A stretch of 64,000 nucleotides of DNA from an uncultured Micavibrio sp. (lineage in GTDB: Bacteria; Pseudomonadota; Alphaproteobacteria; Micavibrionales; Micavibrionaceae), in assembly GCA_964478225.1 (NCBI GenBank), contig CAYZHM010000003.1, positions 64,632 through 128,631 of the forward strand, written 5' to 3'. The translations under genes were made by a program, and so were the position numbers. Under the pieces are notes generated by a model, which worked only from the letters and a program-made list of their open reading frames with translations, was not told where the DNA came from and ran no database searches. Positions 9,462-17,261 of the stretch are shown piece after piece. The stretch's first letter is position 1. Each line of letters begins with the position of its first letter.

Positions 9462-9992
9462 ATGATCGCGAAAAAAGCCTTGGTGCTTCTCTGCTCCGCT
9501 CTCACCTTCACCGCTTCGTCCTACGCTCAAGCCGCCGACAGTAGCAATGATCTGCAAATCAGCCGAATCGGCGACCTTGAACTCAGTTGCGGTCAGCTCT
9601 CGGAAGAAGCCGTGAACATGCGCGACCTTATCTACAGCACGCAAGACATCAAAGACGACTCCAAGCTCAAAAGCCACGGCATCAGCGCCGCCGGCGCGCT
9701 CGGCTCGCTCCTCATCGGCACGGCAACAGGCGGCATAGGCCTCGCCGCAGCTGGCTTCCTGATGGAGCAAGGCGTTTCCAACACCGCAGACAAAGCCGAA
9801 GACATCCAGGATGTCGCACAACAACGCCGCTCGCTCATGATGGGGGTTTTCAACGCCAAGGGCTGCTACGGCCCGATTGAGCACGCAATGCAAGACCCCA
9901 TACCCTTTGATCCTCTGGAACGTCTCGCCGCCATCGAAGCCTCCGCGGGCAACGAACATATCCGCCCCAAGCGCAAGCGCTATAACGACTAA
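9462..9992 (+). CDS. Hypothetical secreted protein with glycine-zipper-like segment
   Basis: ATG at 9462 gives signal peptide MIAKKALVLLCSALTFTASSYAQA. G/A-rich hydrophobic segment GISAAGALGSLLIGTATGGIGLAAAGFL. Confidence 0.5.
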   Translation: MIAKKALVLLCSALTFTASSYAQAADSSNDLQISRIGDLELSCGQLSEEAVNMRDLIYSTQDIKDDSKLKSHGISAAGALGSLLIGTATGGIGLAAAGFLMEQGVSNTADKAEDIQDVAQQRRSLMMGVFNAKGCYGPIEHAMQDPIPFDPLERLAAIEASAGNEHIRPKRKRYND

Positions 9993-10007
9993 CAATCCTC
10001 TTAAAAT

Positions 10008-10442
10008 TTAACGATTCTCAATATCGCCCAGAAAATCCTGCATTTTGACCATGTCCATCGCATTGAACATATCAAAATGCTTCTTCGCTGCCGCCGCCTG
10101 CGAACTCTCGCATCCATTCTTAAGATAAAACGCATTCAGCGCCTTTTCCTGGTCGGCTTGCTTCTTGCGGATGACCTGCTCAATCTGCGCCGGCGTAAGC
10201 CCCATCCCCATACTCATCATCTCCTCCGCCAGCGCGAGCATCGTTGCCTGCGCATTCTCGATGTAATTGGGATATTCAGTAATCGGCGCCTCACCGCAAT
10301 GCTTAACCCACGCCGCACCCGATAGATTGCCATCAAACATAATATTAAGCCGCGACAACCGCTCGCTTACTTGCTCCTCACCGGGCTGCGCCATCGCAAC
10401 CCCTGGAACCAGTAACAATGCCAAAACAAGTATAGATCTCAT
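10008..10442 (-). CDS. Hypothetical periplasmic protein
   Basis: Internal ATG at 10442 gives signal peptide MRSILVLALLLVPGVAMAQP. The longer ORF to 10712 would cover the cspA upstream region. Confidence 0.5.
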   Translation of the reverse strand: MRSILVLALLLVPGVAMAQPGEEQVSERLSRLNIMFDGNLSGAAWVKHCGEAPITEYPNYIENAQATMLALAEEMMSMGMGLTPAQIEQVIRKKQADQEKALNAFYLKNGCESSQAAAAKKHFDMFNAMDMVKMQDFLGDIENR

Positions 10443-10710
10443 ACCCTTAATCCTATAACAATCGCCCCCATTCGCGCCAGTTCTAAAACAAAAGCCCGAA
10501 TTACCTTGACCCCAGGGCCGTAATCTGCGCTTAATGCGCCATAGTTTGATATTTACGACATACGACACGGCTTTTTTAAGACGGCCAAGTGAAAACGGGC
10601 CAGGAATTATCCCCTCAAAAGACTCGGTTTGATAGACGTTCATCAGGCACAAGAGCTTGGCGCACGGTTGCGCCCAGCACCAACCGAATTGCTTATAAAG
10701 GAGAAATTTC
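10443..10710 (+). promoter_or_regulatory. Divergent promoter region and probable long cspA 5' leader
   Basis: 268-nt non-coding gap upstream of cspA. AAGGAG lies before the ATG. Long structured leaders are established for cold-shock genes. Boundaries not determined. Confidence 0.4.
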
Positions 10711-10917
10711 ATGGCAACCGGAACAGTAAAATGGTTTAACCCAACAAAAGGCTTCGGCTTTATTCAACCAGAAGACGGTGGCAAAGATGTGTTCGTTCAC
10801 ATCAGCGCAGTCGAAAAAGCAGGCATGCGCAGCCTGAACGAAGGCCAGAAAGTCGAATACGACCTTCAGACCGACAAAGGCAAAGAAGCCGCAACAAACC
10901 TGCGCAACGCTGCTTGA
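10711..10917 (+). CDS. cspA: Cold-shock protein
   Basis: 68 aa. RNP1 KGFGFI and RNP2 VFVHIS motifs; [15 protein letters not shown]. Confidence 0.93.
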   Translation: MATGTVKWFNPTKGFGFIQPEDGGKDVFVHISAVEKAGMRSLNEGQKVEYDLQTDKGKEAATNLRNAA

Positions 10918-11093
10918 TGAATGACCGTATGACCCGTCGGCCGATAACGGCCGGCGATTACGGGAAAGGCACAGTCCACCCGCAGTCACCATCAATCCCC
11001 GCAACGCCCCAGGTCATGGAGAAATCCGCAACCGACGGGCAAAAAACTCTCGGCCTCTGGTCGAAGTAACGCGGAGCAAGCAATTACAGCCAA

Positions 11094-11124
11094 AACGGCG
11101 TTCCCAAAAGGAGCGCCGTTTTTT
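11094..11124 (+). terminator. Intrinsic terminator about 175 nt downstream of cspA
   Basis: AACGGCGTTCC-CAAAA-GGAGCGCCGTT followed by TTTT. Confidence 0.65.
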
Positions 11125-11141
11125 GTTGCCCCGTCCGTTTA

Positions 11142-11177
11142 AAAACCGGACCCGAAAACCGGACCCGAAAACCGGAC
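11142..11177. repeat. 13-nt tandem repeat, 2.8 copies
   Basis: AAAACCGGACCCG occurs twice, followed by AAAACCGGAC. It abuts the stop codon (11178-11180) of the 156-aa ORF. Confidence 0.85.
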
Positions 11178-11648
11178 TTAGTCCGAGGATTTTTTCATTT
11201 TCTTGCGCTGCCGCGGCGTCAAAAACTCCGCATCGCCCTGCCCGCCCGTCATCTTCAGCCGCTCAAAAAGCGTCTCCAGCGCGCACAGCAACATCTCCTG
11301 CGCCTTGTTCTCCCCGCCGCGCCGCGAAAACCCGCCTTCCTCAATCTTCTGATTAGCCAGCCGCCGCAAAATCGGCATCGGGATCATCATATAAATCAGG
11401 GTCTCATCCTCCGGCGTCCGCAGCTCATGCACCCAGTAATCCGCCTCCGTCCGGGCAATCCCCGAAGGCTGCTTATACGCCTCATATTCAAAGACAATAT
11501 TGCCCTTCTCATGCCACTGCTTCCGCTCGGTCTTCATCTCAAATTTCTTGTGATTGAGAACAGCCACCAGCTTTTCTTCCGCCGCCCGGGCCGCACTGGC
11601 CTGCAGTTCAAAATCATACTCTGGACCATCATGATAATGCGCTGTCAT
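11178..11648 (-). CDS. Hypothetical 156-aa protein, candidate toxin/effector partner of the upstream antitoxin-like gene
   Basis: AAGGAGG SD before the ATG, 54 nt downstream of the Phd-like ORF. No Doc, RelE/ParE or PIN signature recognised. Basic C-terminal tail. Confidence 0.6.
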   Translation of the reverse strand: MTAHYHDGPEYDFELQASAARAAEEKLVAVLNHKKFEMKTERKQWHEKGNIVFEYEAYKQPSGIARTEADYWVHELRTPEDETLIYMMIPMPILRRLANQKIEEGGFSRRGGENKAQEMLLCALETLFERLKMTGGQGDAEFLTPRQRKKMKKSSD

Positions 11649-11702
11649 TCACACCTCCTTATTACCGCAAACAACAAGTGTACCAAGCCTTGGCCACACA
11701 AT

Positions 11703-11903
11703 TCAAATTTCGGACTTTTTCGCTTGCCGCGCCGCCCAGCGCTTCTGGCTTTCATTGGTGATGTAAACGCCGATCGTGGTGCGATAGCGCTGCACCATCA
11801 CCGCCCGGTACTCCCCGCGCTCCAGCATCCGCGTATATTTGGAAATATTGGTTTTAAAATCATGCAGCGAGGCGTAAATCACCCCCTCCGTATAAAGAGC
11901 CAT
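11703..11903 (-). CDS. Phd/YefM-like type II antitoxin (short)
   Basis: 66 aa. ASLHDFKTNISKYTRMLERGEYRAVMVQRYRTTIGVYIT matches the Phd/YefM N-terminal pattern (reporter residue, F-K/R-x-N-hydrophobic-S, then a beta-strand core). GGAGGG SD upstream. Confidence 0.55.
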   Translation of the reverse strand: MALYTEGVIYASLHDFKTNISKYTRMLERGEYRAVMVQRYRTTIGVYITNESQKRWAARQAKKSEI

Positions 11904-11929
11904 CCACCCTCCTTCAGGGTTTTTGACTC

Positions 11930-11958
11930 ATTATAGGAATTTATTCTTATTTTGTCAA
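11930..11958 (-). promoter_or_regulatory. Consensus sigma70-type promoter for the antitoxin-like operon
   Basis: Minus strand: TTGACA (11958-11953), 17-nt spacer, TATAAT (11935-11930). It is followed by the SD and the ATG at 11903. Confidence 0.6.
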
Positions 11959-11964
11959 GAATAA
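11941..11964. promoter_or_regulatory. Perfect 8-bp inverted repeat overlapping the -35 box (candidate operator)
   Basis: TTATTCTT (11941-11948), N8, AAGAATAA (11957-11964). The -35 hexamer lies across the loop and right arm. Confidence 0.55.
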
Positions 11965-11965
11965 C

Positions 11966-12517
11966 TTAGCGAAAATTGCACTCTTTGTGACACTCATCTC
12001 CTTTGCATTCACGAATAGGAGCCAAAAAAATTACATTTATCAATTTATCTTTTTCTAAACCACGACTTATCTTTCCCGCCTGAATAAAAGATTCCCCAAA
12101 CGCATTTTTAAGAAAGAATATAAAATCTCCCCTGTATAGTTCTTGACTAAAGCAACCTTCCTCCGGAGACCCTATACGTGTAGAAGGCTGGCCTGGTAAA
12201 ATTTGTCTACAATATGTGTTAGGGCCTACATTACAAAGTGGGAAATCTAATTCTATCAGTGTAAAAGGGTGAGTCCCATAATTAGAAACATAAAAGTCTT
12301 TGGTATCTTCATCATAAGTGATGCCGGCTATAGGAGTTAGATCAATCCTACTAAGTTGCTCACTAAGCCTTGTCTGATTATTCATGATCTTGCACTGAGA
12401 TACTCCTATTGCAACTGCTGCCACAAAACCTAACAGAACAATTACGACCTCTATCCTTCTTAAATTTTTTTCATCAAAAAATTTTTTAAAACGATTGCAT
12501 AATTTTTTATAAATCAT
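11966..12517 (-). CDS. Hypothetical membrane-anchored, Cys-containing protein (AT-rich gene)
   Basis: 183 aa, one N-terminal TM helix ([18 protein letters not shown]), C-terminal [10 protein letters not shown]. Its start overlaps the uvrB stop as ATGA (12514-12517). Confidence 0.5.
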   Translation of the reverse strand: MIYKKLCNRFKKFFDEKNLRRIEVVIVLLGFVAAVAIGVSQCKIMNNQTRLSEQLSRIDLTPIAGITYDEDTKDFYVSNYGTHPFTLIELDFPLCNVGPNTYCRQILPGQPSTRIGSPEEGCFSQELYRGDFIFFLKNAFGESFIQAGKISRGLEKDKLINVIFLAPIRECKGDECHKECNFR

Positions 12518-14547
12518 AGCCCCAACTCCGCCTCTTCCAACCTGTGAATTTCATCCCTCAACCTTGCCGCCTCTTCAAACTCCAGATTCGCCGCCGCCGC
12601 CAGCATCTCTTTCTTCAGCCCCGCAATATGCTTCGCCAGCTTGGCCGGATTTTCGAACAATTCCTGCTCTTCCTCGCTAAAGCCCGCCAGCGCCTCCTCG
12701 GCCTGCTGCCACACAATATCGGACAGGTTTTTCTTCACCGTCGCGGGCGTGATGCCGTGCTCGGTGTTATATTCCACCTGCTTGGCGCGGCGGCGGTCGG
12801 TCTCGTCAATCGCGTATTGCATGCTCTCGGTCACACGGTCCGCATACAAAATCGCCTTGCCTTCCAGGTTCCGCGCCGCCCGCCCGATCGTCTGCACCAA
12901 TGAAGTCTTCGAGCGCAAAAACCCCTCCTTGTCCGCATCCAGAATCATCACACGCATACACTCCGGGATATCCAGCCCCTCGCGCAGCAGGTTAATCCCG
13001 ACCAGCACATCGAACGCGCCCTTGCGAAGGTCCTGCAAAATCTCGATCCGCTCCAGCGTATCCACATCGCTGTGCATATAGCGCACGGCAATCCCGTTCT
13101 CCGATAAATATTCCGACAGATCCTCGGCCATTTTCTTGGTCAGCGTCGTGACCAGCAGCCGCCCACCGAGCGCAATCACCTGCCGCGCCTCCTCCATCAG
13201 ATCATCGACCTGATTATGCGTCGGGCGGATCTCCACCGCCGGGTCAATAAGCCCCGTCGGCCGCACCACCTGCTCCGCCGTAATGCCGCCCGCCTGCTCG
13301 ACTTCCCACGGGCCGGGCGTGGCGGACACATAGACGGTCTGCGGCCGCATGCGGTTCCACTCCTCGAATTTCAAAGGCCGGTTATCGACCGCGGCGGGCA
13401 GGCGGAACCCGTACTCGACCAGCGTCGATTTGCGCTTGTAATCGCCGTTATACATGGCGCGCAGTTGAGGAAGCATCACGTGGCTTTCATCAAGAAACAG
13501 CAACGCATCCGGCGGCAGATATTCAATCAGGGTCGGCGGCGGCTCGCCGGGCGCGCGGCCCGTCAGATAGCGCGAATAATTCTCGATCCCCTGGCAAAAC
13601 CCGGTCGCCGCGATCATCTCCAGATCAAACGTCGTGCGCTGCTCCAGCCGCTGCGCCTCCAGCAGTTTGTTTTCAGATTCAAAATATTTCAGCCGCTCCT
13701 TGAGATCGGCTTTAATCTGCTTCACCGCCTGCTGCATCGTCGGGCCGGGGGTGATGTAGTGCGAGTTCGCGAAGATCCGCACGCCCTCCAGCGCCTCGTA
13801 TTTCTGCCCGGTCAGCGGATCAAACTCGGTGATTTTGTCGATCTCGTCGCCGAACAGCTCAAACCGCCATGCCCGGTCCTCAAAGTGCGCCGGAAACAGC
13901 TCCACCGTGTCGCCGCGCACCCGGAAGGTCCCGCGTTCGAACGCGATATCGTTGCGCTTGTACTGCAACTCCACCAAACGCGCGATAAGTTCCTGCCTGT
14001 CAAACCGCGCGCCCTGATGAATATCGAACGTCATCGCAAGGTAATCTTCCTTCGAGCCGATACCGTAGATGCACGACACCGAGGCAACGATAATGCAGGC
14101 CCGCCGCTCGAACAGCGCCCGCGTCGCCGCGTGCCGCATCCTGTCAATCTGCTCGTTGACGGAACTGTCCTTTTCGATGAACAGATCATTTTTGGGGACG
14201 TACGCTTCCGGCTGGTAGTAATCGTAGTAGGACACGAAATACTCCACCGCATTGTCAGGAAAGAAGGATTTGAATTCCTGATAAAGCTGCGCCGCGAGAG
14301 TCTTGTTAGGCGCGAGAATAAGCGCAGGACGCTGCAGCTCCTGAATAATATTGGCCACCGTAAAAGTCTTGCCCGATCCCGTCACGCCAAGCAGCGTCAG
14401 ATCACTCAGCCCCTCACGCAAACCGTCACACAATTTGCGGATAGCATCCGGCTGATCGCCCGCCGGCTCGAAATCCGAGGCGATTTTAAACGGTTTATCA
14501 TGTATGAACGGCCCCGCCGCCGCGCGTGATAACTCTGCTGGATCCAT
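12514..14547 (-). CDS. uvrB: Excinuclease ABC subunit B
   Basis: 677 aa. Walker A GVTGSGKT and helicase motifs. C-terminal UVR domain [16 protein letters not shown]. Confidence 0.96.
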   Translation of the reverse strand: MDPAELSRAAAGPFIHDKPFKIASDFEPAGDQPDAIRKLCDGLREGLSDLTLLGVTGSGKTFTVANIIQELQRPALILAPNKTLAAQLYQEFKSFFPDNAVEYFVSYYDYYQPEAYVPKNDLFIEKDSSVNEQIDRMRHAATRALFERRACIIVASVSCIYGIGSKEDYLAMTFDIHQGARFDRQELIARLVELQYKRNDIAFERGTFRVRGDTVELFPAHFEDRAWRFELFGDEIDKITEFDPLTGQKYEALEGVRIFANSHYITPGPTMQQAVKQIKADLKERLKYFESENKLLEAQRLEQRTTFDLEMIAATGFCQGIENYSRYLTGRAPGEPPPTLIEYLPPDALLFLDESHVMLPQLRAMYNGDYKRKSTLVEYGFRLPAAVDNRPLKFEEWNRMRPQTVYVSATPGPWEVEQAGGITAEQVVRPTGLIDPAVEIRPTHNQVDDLMEEARQVIALGGRLLVTTLTKKMAEDLSEYLSENGIAVRYMHSDVDTLERIEILQDLRKGAFDVLVGINLLREGLDIPECMRVMILDADKEGFLRSKTSLVQTIGRAARNLEGKAILYADRVTESMQYAIDETDRRRAKQVEYNTEHGITPATVKKNLSDIVWQQAEEALAGFSEEEQELFENPAKLAKHIAGLKKEMLAAAANLEFEEAARLRDEIHRLEEAELGL

Positions 14548-14611
14548 GTTGTAACATATAGGACAAAACAGGGTAGAAACAAAGAACTCTGTTTGTTAGG
14601 ATACAACCATC

Positions 14612-15529
14612 ATGAAAAACAGACCCTTGATAATTCTAAGCCTGCTGGGGCTATACAGCATGTTTCCAGCAACCTCTCACGCCGAAATATGGGTAAATCC
14701 GCAGTTTGACCCACTCAAACGCAGTCCAGCAGAACCGAAACCAGTACAACGCATTCCTGCTGTGATTACTGCACCCATACCAACTATAGCAGAGACATCT
14801 CCGCCGCCAACTTATATTGAACCAATCATACAACCCGTTACAAACGAGCCAGAAGAATATAATAGCCCTGAAGAGTCCAAGTGGTCAGGTCGTGTAAATT
14901 TTGGCGCGAGCTTACAAACAGGAAACACCGAAAAGAACGCAGTCCTTGCCGACGCCGAACTAAAATCACAAATTGACGACGAGCATCGCGTATCGATTAA
15001 AGCAGAATATAACCGGGAAAAGGACGAGGGAACCTTAACTGAAAACAACCGCTCGGCAGACATAGCTTACGATTATTTCTTTGAACCTGAATGGTTTGTA
15101 AACTCGACAGCAGGCTTTGAGCAGGACGATATTCAACAGCTCGACCTGCGCACAACACTAGGCGTAGGCCTTGGATACCAACCTTACAAAGGAGATGACC
15201 TTAATCTCCAGATGATTTTAGGACCATCGCATCTGAGGGAAGATTTTGAAAACGGCGATACAGAAAACAGCATCGCAGCTCGTTGGTCACTTGATTACGA
15301 TCAAAAGGTAATGGAGGACCAATTCCAGCTGTTCCATAACCATGAAATTCTTATTCCCGCTGATAAGACGGATTCCTACTTATTCGAATCAAAATCGGGC
15401 ATTCGCATCCCCATTAAGAACGGGATCGTCGGCACAGGCGAAATTGATTTTGATTGGGATAATAGCCCGGAGCCAGGAGTGACGGAGGACGACACCAAAT
15501 ATTCTCTAAAAATCGGCTATGAATGGTAA
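14612..15529 (+). CDS. DUF481 (YdiY-like) outer-membrane beta-barrel protein
   Basis: Signal peptide, P-rich linker, then GRVNFGASLQTGNTEKN and alternating beta-strand pattern ending in YEW. Matches DUF481 as recalled. Confidence 0.72.
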   Translation: MKNRPLIILSLLGLYSMFPATSHAEIWVNPQFDPLKRSPAEPKPVQRIPAVITAPIPTIAETSPPPTYIEPIIQPVTNEPEEYNSPEESKWSGRVNFGASLQTGNTEKNAVLADAELKSQIDDEHRVSIKAEYNREKDEGTLTENNRSADIAYDYFFEPEWFVNSTAGFEQDDIQQLDLRTTLGVGLGYQPYKGDDLNLQMILGPSHLREDFENGDTENSIAARWSLDYDQKVMEDQFQLFHNHEILIPADKTDSYLFESKSGIRIPIKNGIVGTGEIDFDWDNSPEPGVTEDDTKYSLKIGYEW

Positions 15530-15541
15530 GGAAAGCGCTAA

Positions 15542-16345
15542 TTAAGCAGCCAGTTCCTGCGCAGGATGATCATATAAAGACGCTATGACCCCGTGAGCAA
15601 CTTGCGGATTGAGAAGCATTCCATAATGACCCGCCAGCCAGGGGTTTGTATCAAAAACCGCAATTGTTTGGTTATAGGAATTGTCTGGCAATATGCAGGT
15701 GTCTTCATTGACCACCGCATCCTTAGGGCTATAGAATGTTGTCATTGGCGGAGTTGTATCGGCCCACATTTCACCAAAGAATGTCGGAGCGGTTTTCCGC
15801 ACAGTCAGCTCGTCCGACAAAATTCTATGCTGTGAGTTTGTTGCAAAAAAAGGCGCACATAAGGCTGATGACTTTCGATATCGCAAAGCCCCAACCGGCG
15901 CACCGATTGTAACAAGCGAAGCAACGGAGCTGCCAACATCACTGACATGTGTCAGATAGTGGGCATATACCCCTCCGGCACTATGCCCCACCAGATGAAC
16001 TTTTTGGCCAAATTCCGCAGATAATTGACGAATGCGCTTTTCACAATGCTCAAGAATTCCAAAATCCGGCCCCCAATTGATTCCATAACCAAGATAATGA
16101 ACATCAAACTCGGCCTCTGCAATTCGCCGACCCAAAACACGCATATACCGGTCATTCTCCAGATAGCCTGGCAACATCAACACGACATCACCAAAGTTAT
16201 GCTGCTGCTGCCACCAAAATGGCGCACTCAAAGGAACAACAAAGGCCATAGGAATTTCCTGCCAAGCCGCACGAAGAAGGCTGGGTGAAGGATATTCATT
16301 TACTGTTTCGTCTTGGACTTTGATCTTACGATTATATACGAGCAT
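15542..16345 (-). CDS. Alpha/beta-fold hydrolase (lipase/esterase-like)
   Basis: Nucleophile elbow VHLVGHSAGG. Size and layout fit the alpha/beta hydrolase fold. Confidence 0.7.
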   Translation of the reverse strand: MLVYNRKIKVQDETVNEYPSPSLLRAAWQEIPMAFVVPLSAPFWWQQQHNFGDVVLMLPGYLENDRYMRVLGRRIAEAEFDVHYLGYGINWGPDFGILEHCEKRIRQLSAEFGQKVHLVGHSAGGVYAHYLTHVSDVGSSVASLVTIGAPVGALRYRKSSALCAPFFATNSQHRILSDELTVRKTAPTFFGEMWADTTPPMTTFYSPKDAVVNEDTCILPDNSYNQTIAVFDTNPWLAGHYGMLLNPQVAHGVIASLYDHPAQELAA

Positions 16346-16621
16346 AGTTCACTTCTAGCAAAACATCAAAAATATGTCAAAGAATTATCTGCTGCAAGCA
16401 AACGGCGCGGGAAACCTCTCGCGCCGCTTATCATGTTAAAATTTCAATCTATTTCTTTACTGGCTTCGGTTTCTTGGCTCCAGGCTTTGACATTCCTAAA
16501 CCACAACAATCTGATCCCATAGTGGCACCTTTATTGTTATGCAGCCTTAAGCAGCTGCGGCGAAGTATCGCGATTGATACTGTAAGTTGGATAATACTCC
16601 CCTCACATTAGAAAACGCACG

Positions 16622-16650
16622 AAAAAAAATGCGGAGCAATAGCCCCGCAT
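16622..16650 (-). terminator. Intrinsic terminator (second of a tandem pair)
   Basis: Plus strand AAAAAAAATGCGGAGCAATAGCCCCGCAT. On the minus strand this is a stem followed by a run of 8 T. Confidence 0.55.
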
Positions 16651-16684
16651 TCTTGTGAGAAAAACCAATTTTAAACAATCATCA

Positions 16685-16718
16685 AAATCGGCAAAAGGAA
16701 GCCGCCTACGAGGGCGGC
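16685..16718 (-). terminator. Terminator of the H1-like gene
   Basis: GCCGCC-TACGAG-GGCGGC stem-loop 27 nt past the stop, followed on the minus strand by TTCCTTTTGCCGATTTT. Confidence 0.6.
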
Positions 16719-16744
16719 TATCCATGTAGTATTATGAAGTGAAA

Positions 16745-17098
16745 TTACTTTTTTTTTGCTGCCTTCTTTTTAGCAGCTGGCTTTTTCTTTGCAGGTGACT
16801 TCTTAACAGTCGCCTTAGAAGCAGCCTTCTTCACTGTAGCTTTTTTCTTAGCCGCAGGCTTTTTCTTTGCTGCTGGCTTTTTCGCTGCTGGCTTTTTAGC
16901 AGCAGTTTTCTTTACTGTTGCTTTTTTAGCAGCAGGCTTTTTCTTAGCAGCAGGCTTCTTAGCAGCAGGCTTTTTCGCCGTTGCTTTTTTAGCAGCTGGT
17001 TTAGCAGCAGCTTTTTTCACTGTTGCTTTCTTCTTTGCTGCAGGCTTTTTAGCCGCAGGCTTTTTCTTTGCAGTAGTTTTCTTTTTAGTAACAGCCAT
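16745..17098 (-). CDS. Lys/Ala/Pro-repeat histone H1-like (AlgP-like) nucleoid protein
   Basis: MAVTKKKTTAKKKPAAKKPAAKKKATVKKAAAKPAAKK..., nearly pure K/A/P/T repeats. ATG at 17098 with a GGAG SD; the longer track ORF adds an implausible leader. Confidence 0.75.
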   Translation of the reverse strand: MAVTKKKTTAKKKPAAKKPAAKKKATVKKAAAKPAAKKATAKKPAAKKPAAKKKPAAKKATVKKTAAKKPAAKKPAAKKKPAAKKKATVKKAASKATVKKSPAKKKPAAKKKAAKKK

Positions 17099-17261
17099 GT
17101 TAGATCTCCATGAAATATATATATATGGTGTTGAAAGAAGGGTGGCCGGAATGGCCGAGAAAGTAAAGTTACTCAAGTTACCTCGAACATATTACCCTTT
17201 TTTTACTCATGTTCATAATATTTTTTTACTTTCAGCAATTTTCTGCTAATACATTTCTACC

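Noticed and set aside
10443-10712. N-terminal 90-aa extension of ORF 10008..10712
   Set aside because: The extension is W/C/R-rich and would overlap the cspA start. The internal ATG at 10442 gives a clean signal peptide. The region is better explained as a promoter and cspA leader.
13216-14529. 437-aa plus-strand ORF
   Set aside because: It is antisense to an unmistakable uvrB. Its composition is R/P/H/L-rich junk, typical of a shadow frame in a moderately GC-rich gene.
16313-16522. 69-aa plus-strand ORF in the large intergenic region
   Set aside because: It has no SD, overlaps the hydrolase gene start, and has an odd composition. The region is treated as non-coding.
16745-17098. Regular short DNA repeats that could be taken for a CRISPR-like or satellite array
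   Set aside because: The repeats are in frame and encode a continuous K/A/P protein with SD, ATG and terminator. There is no repeat-spacer architecture.
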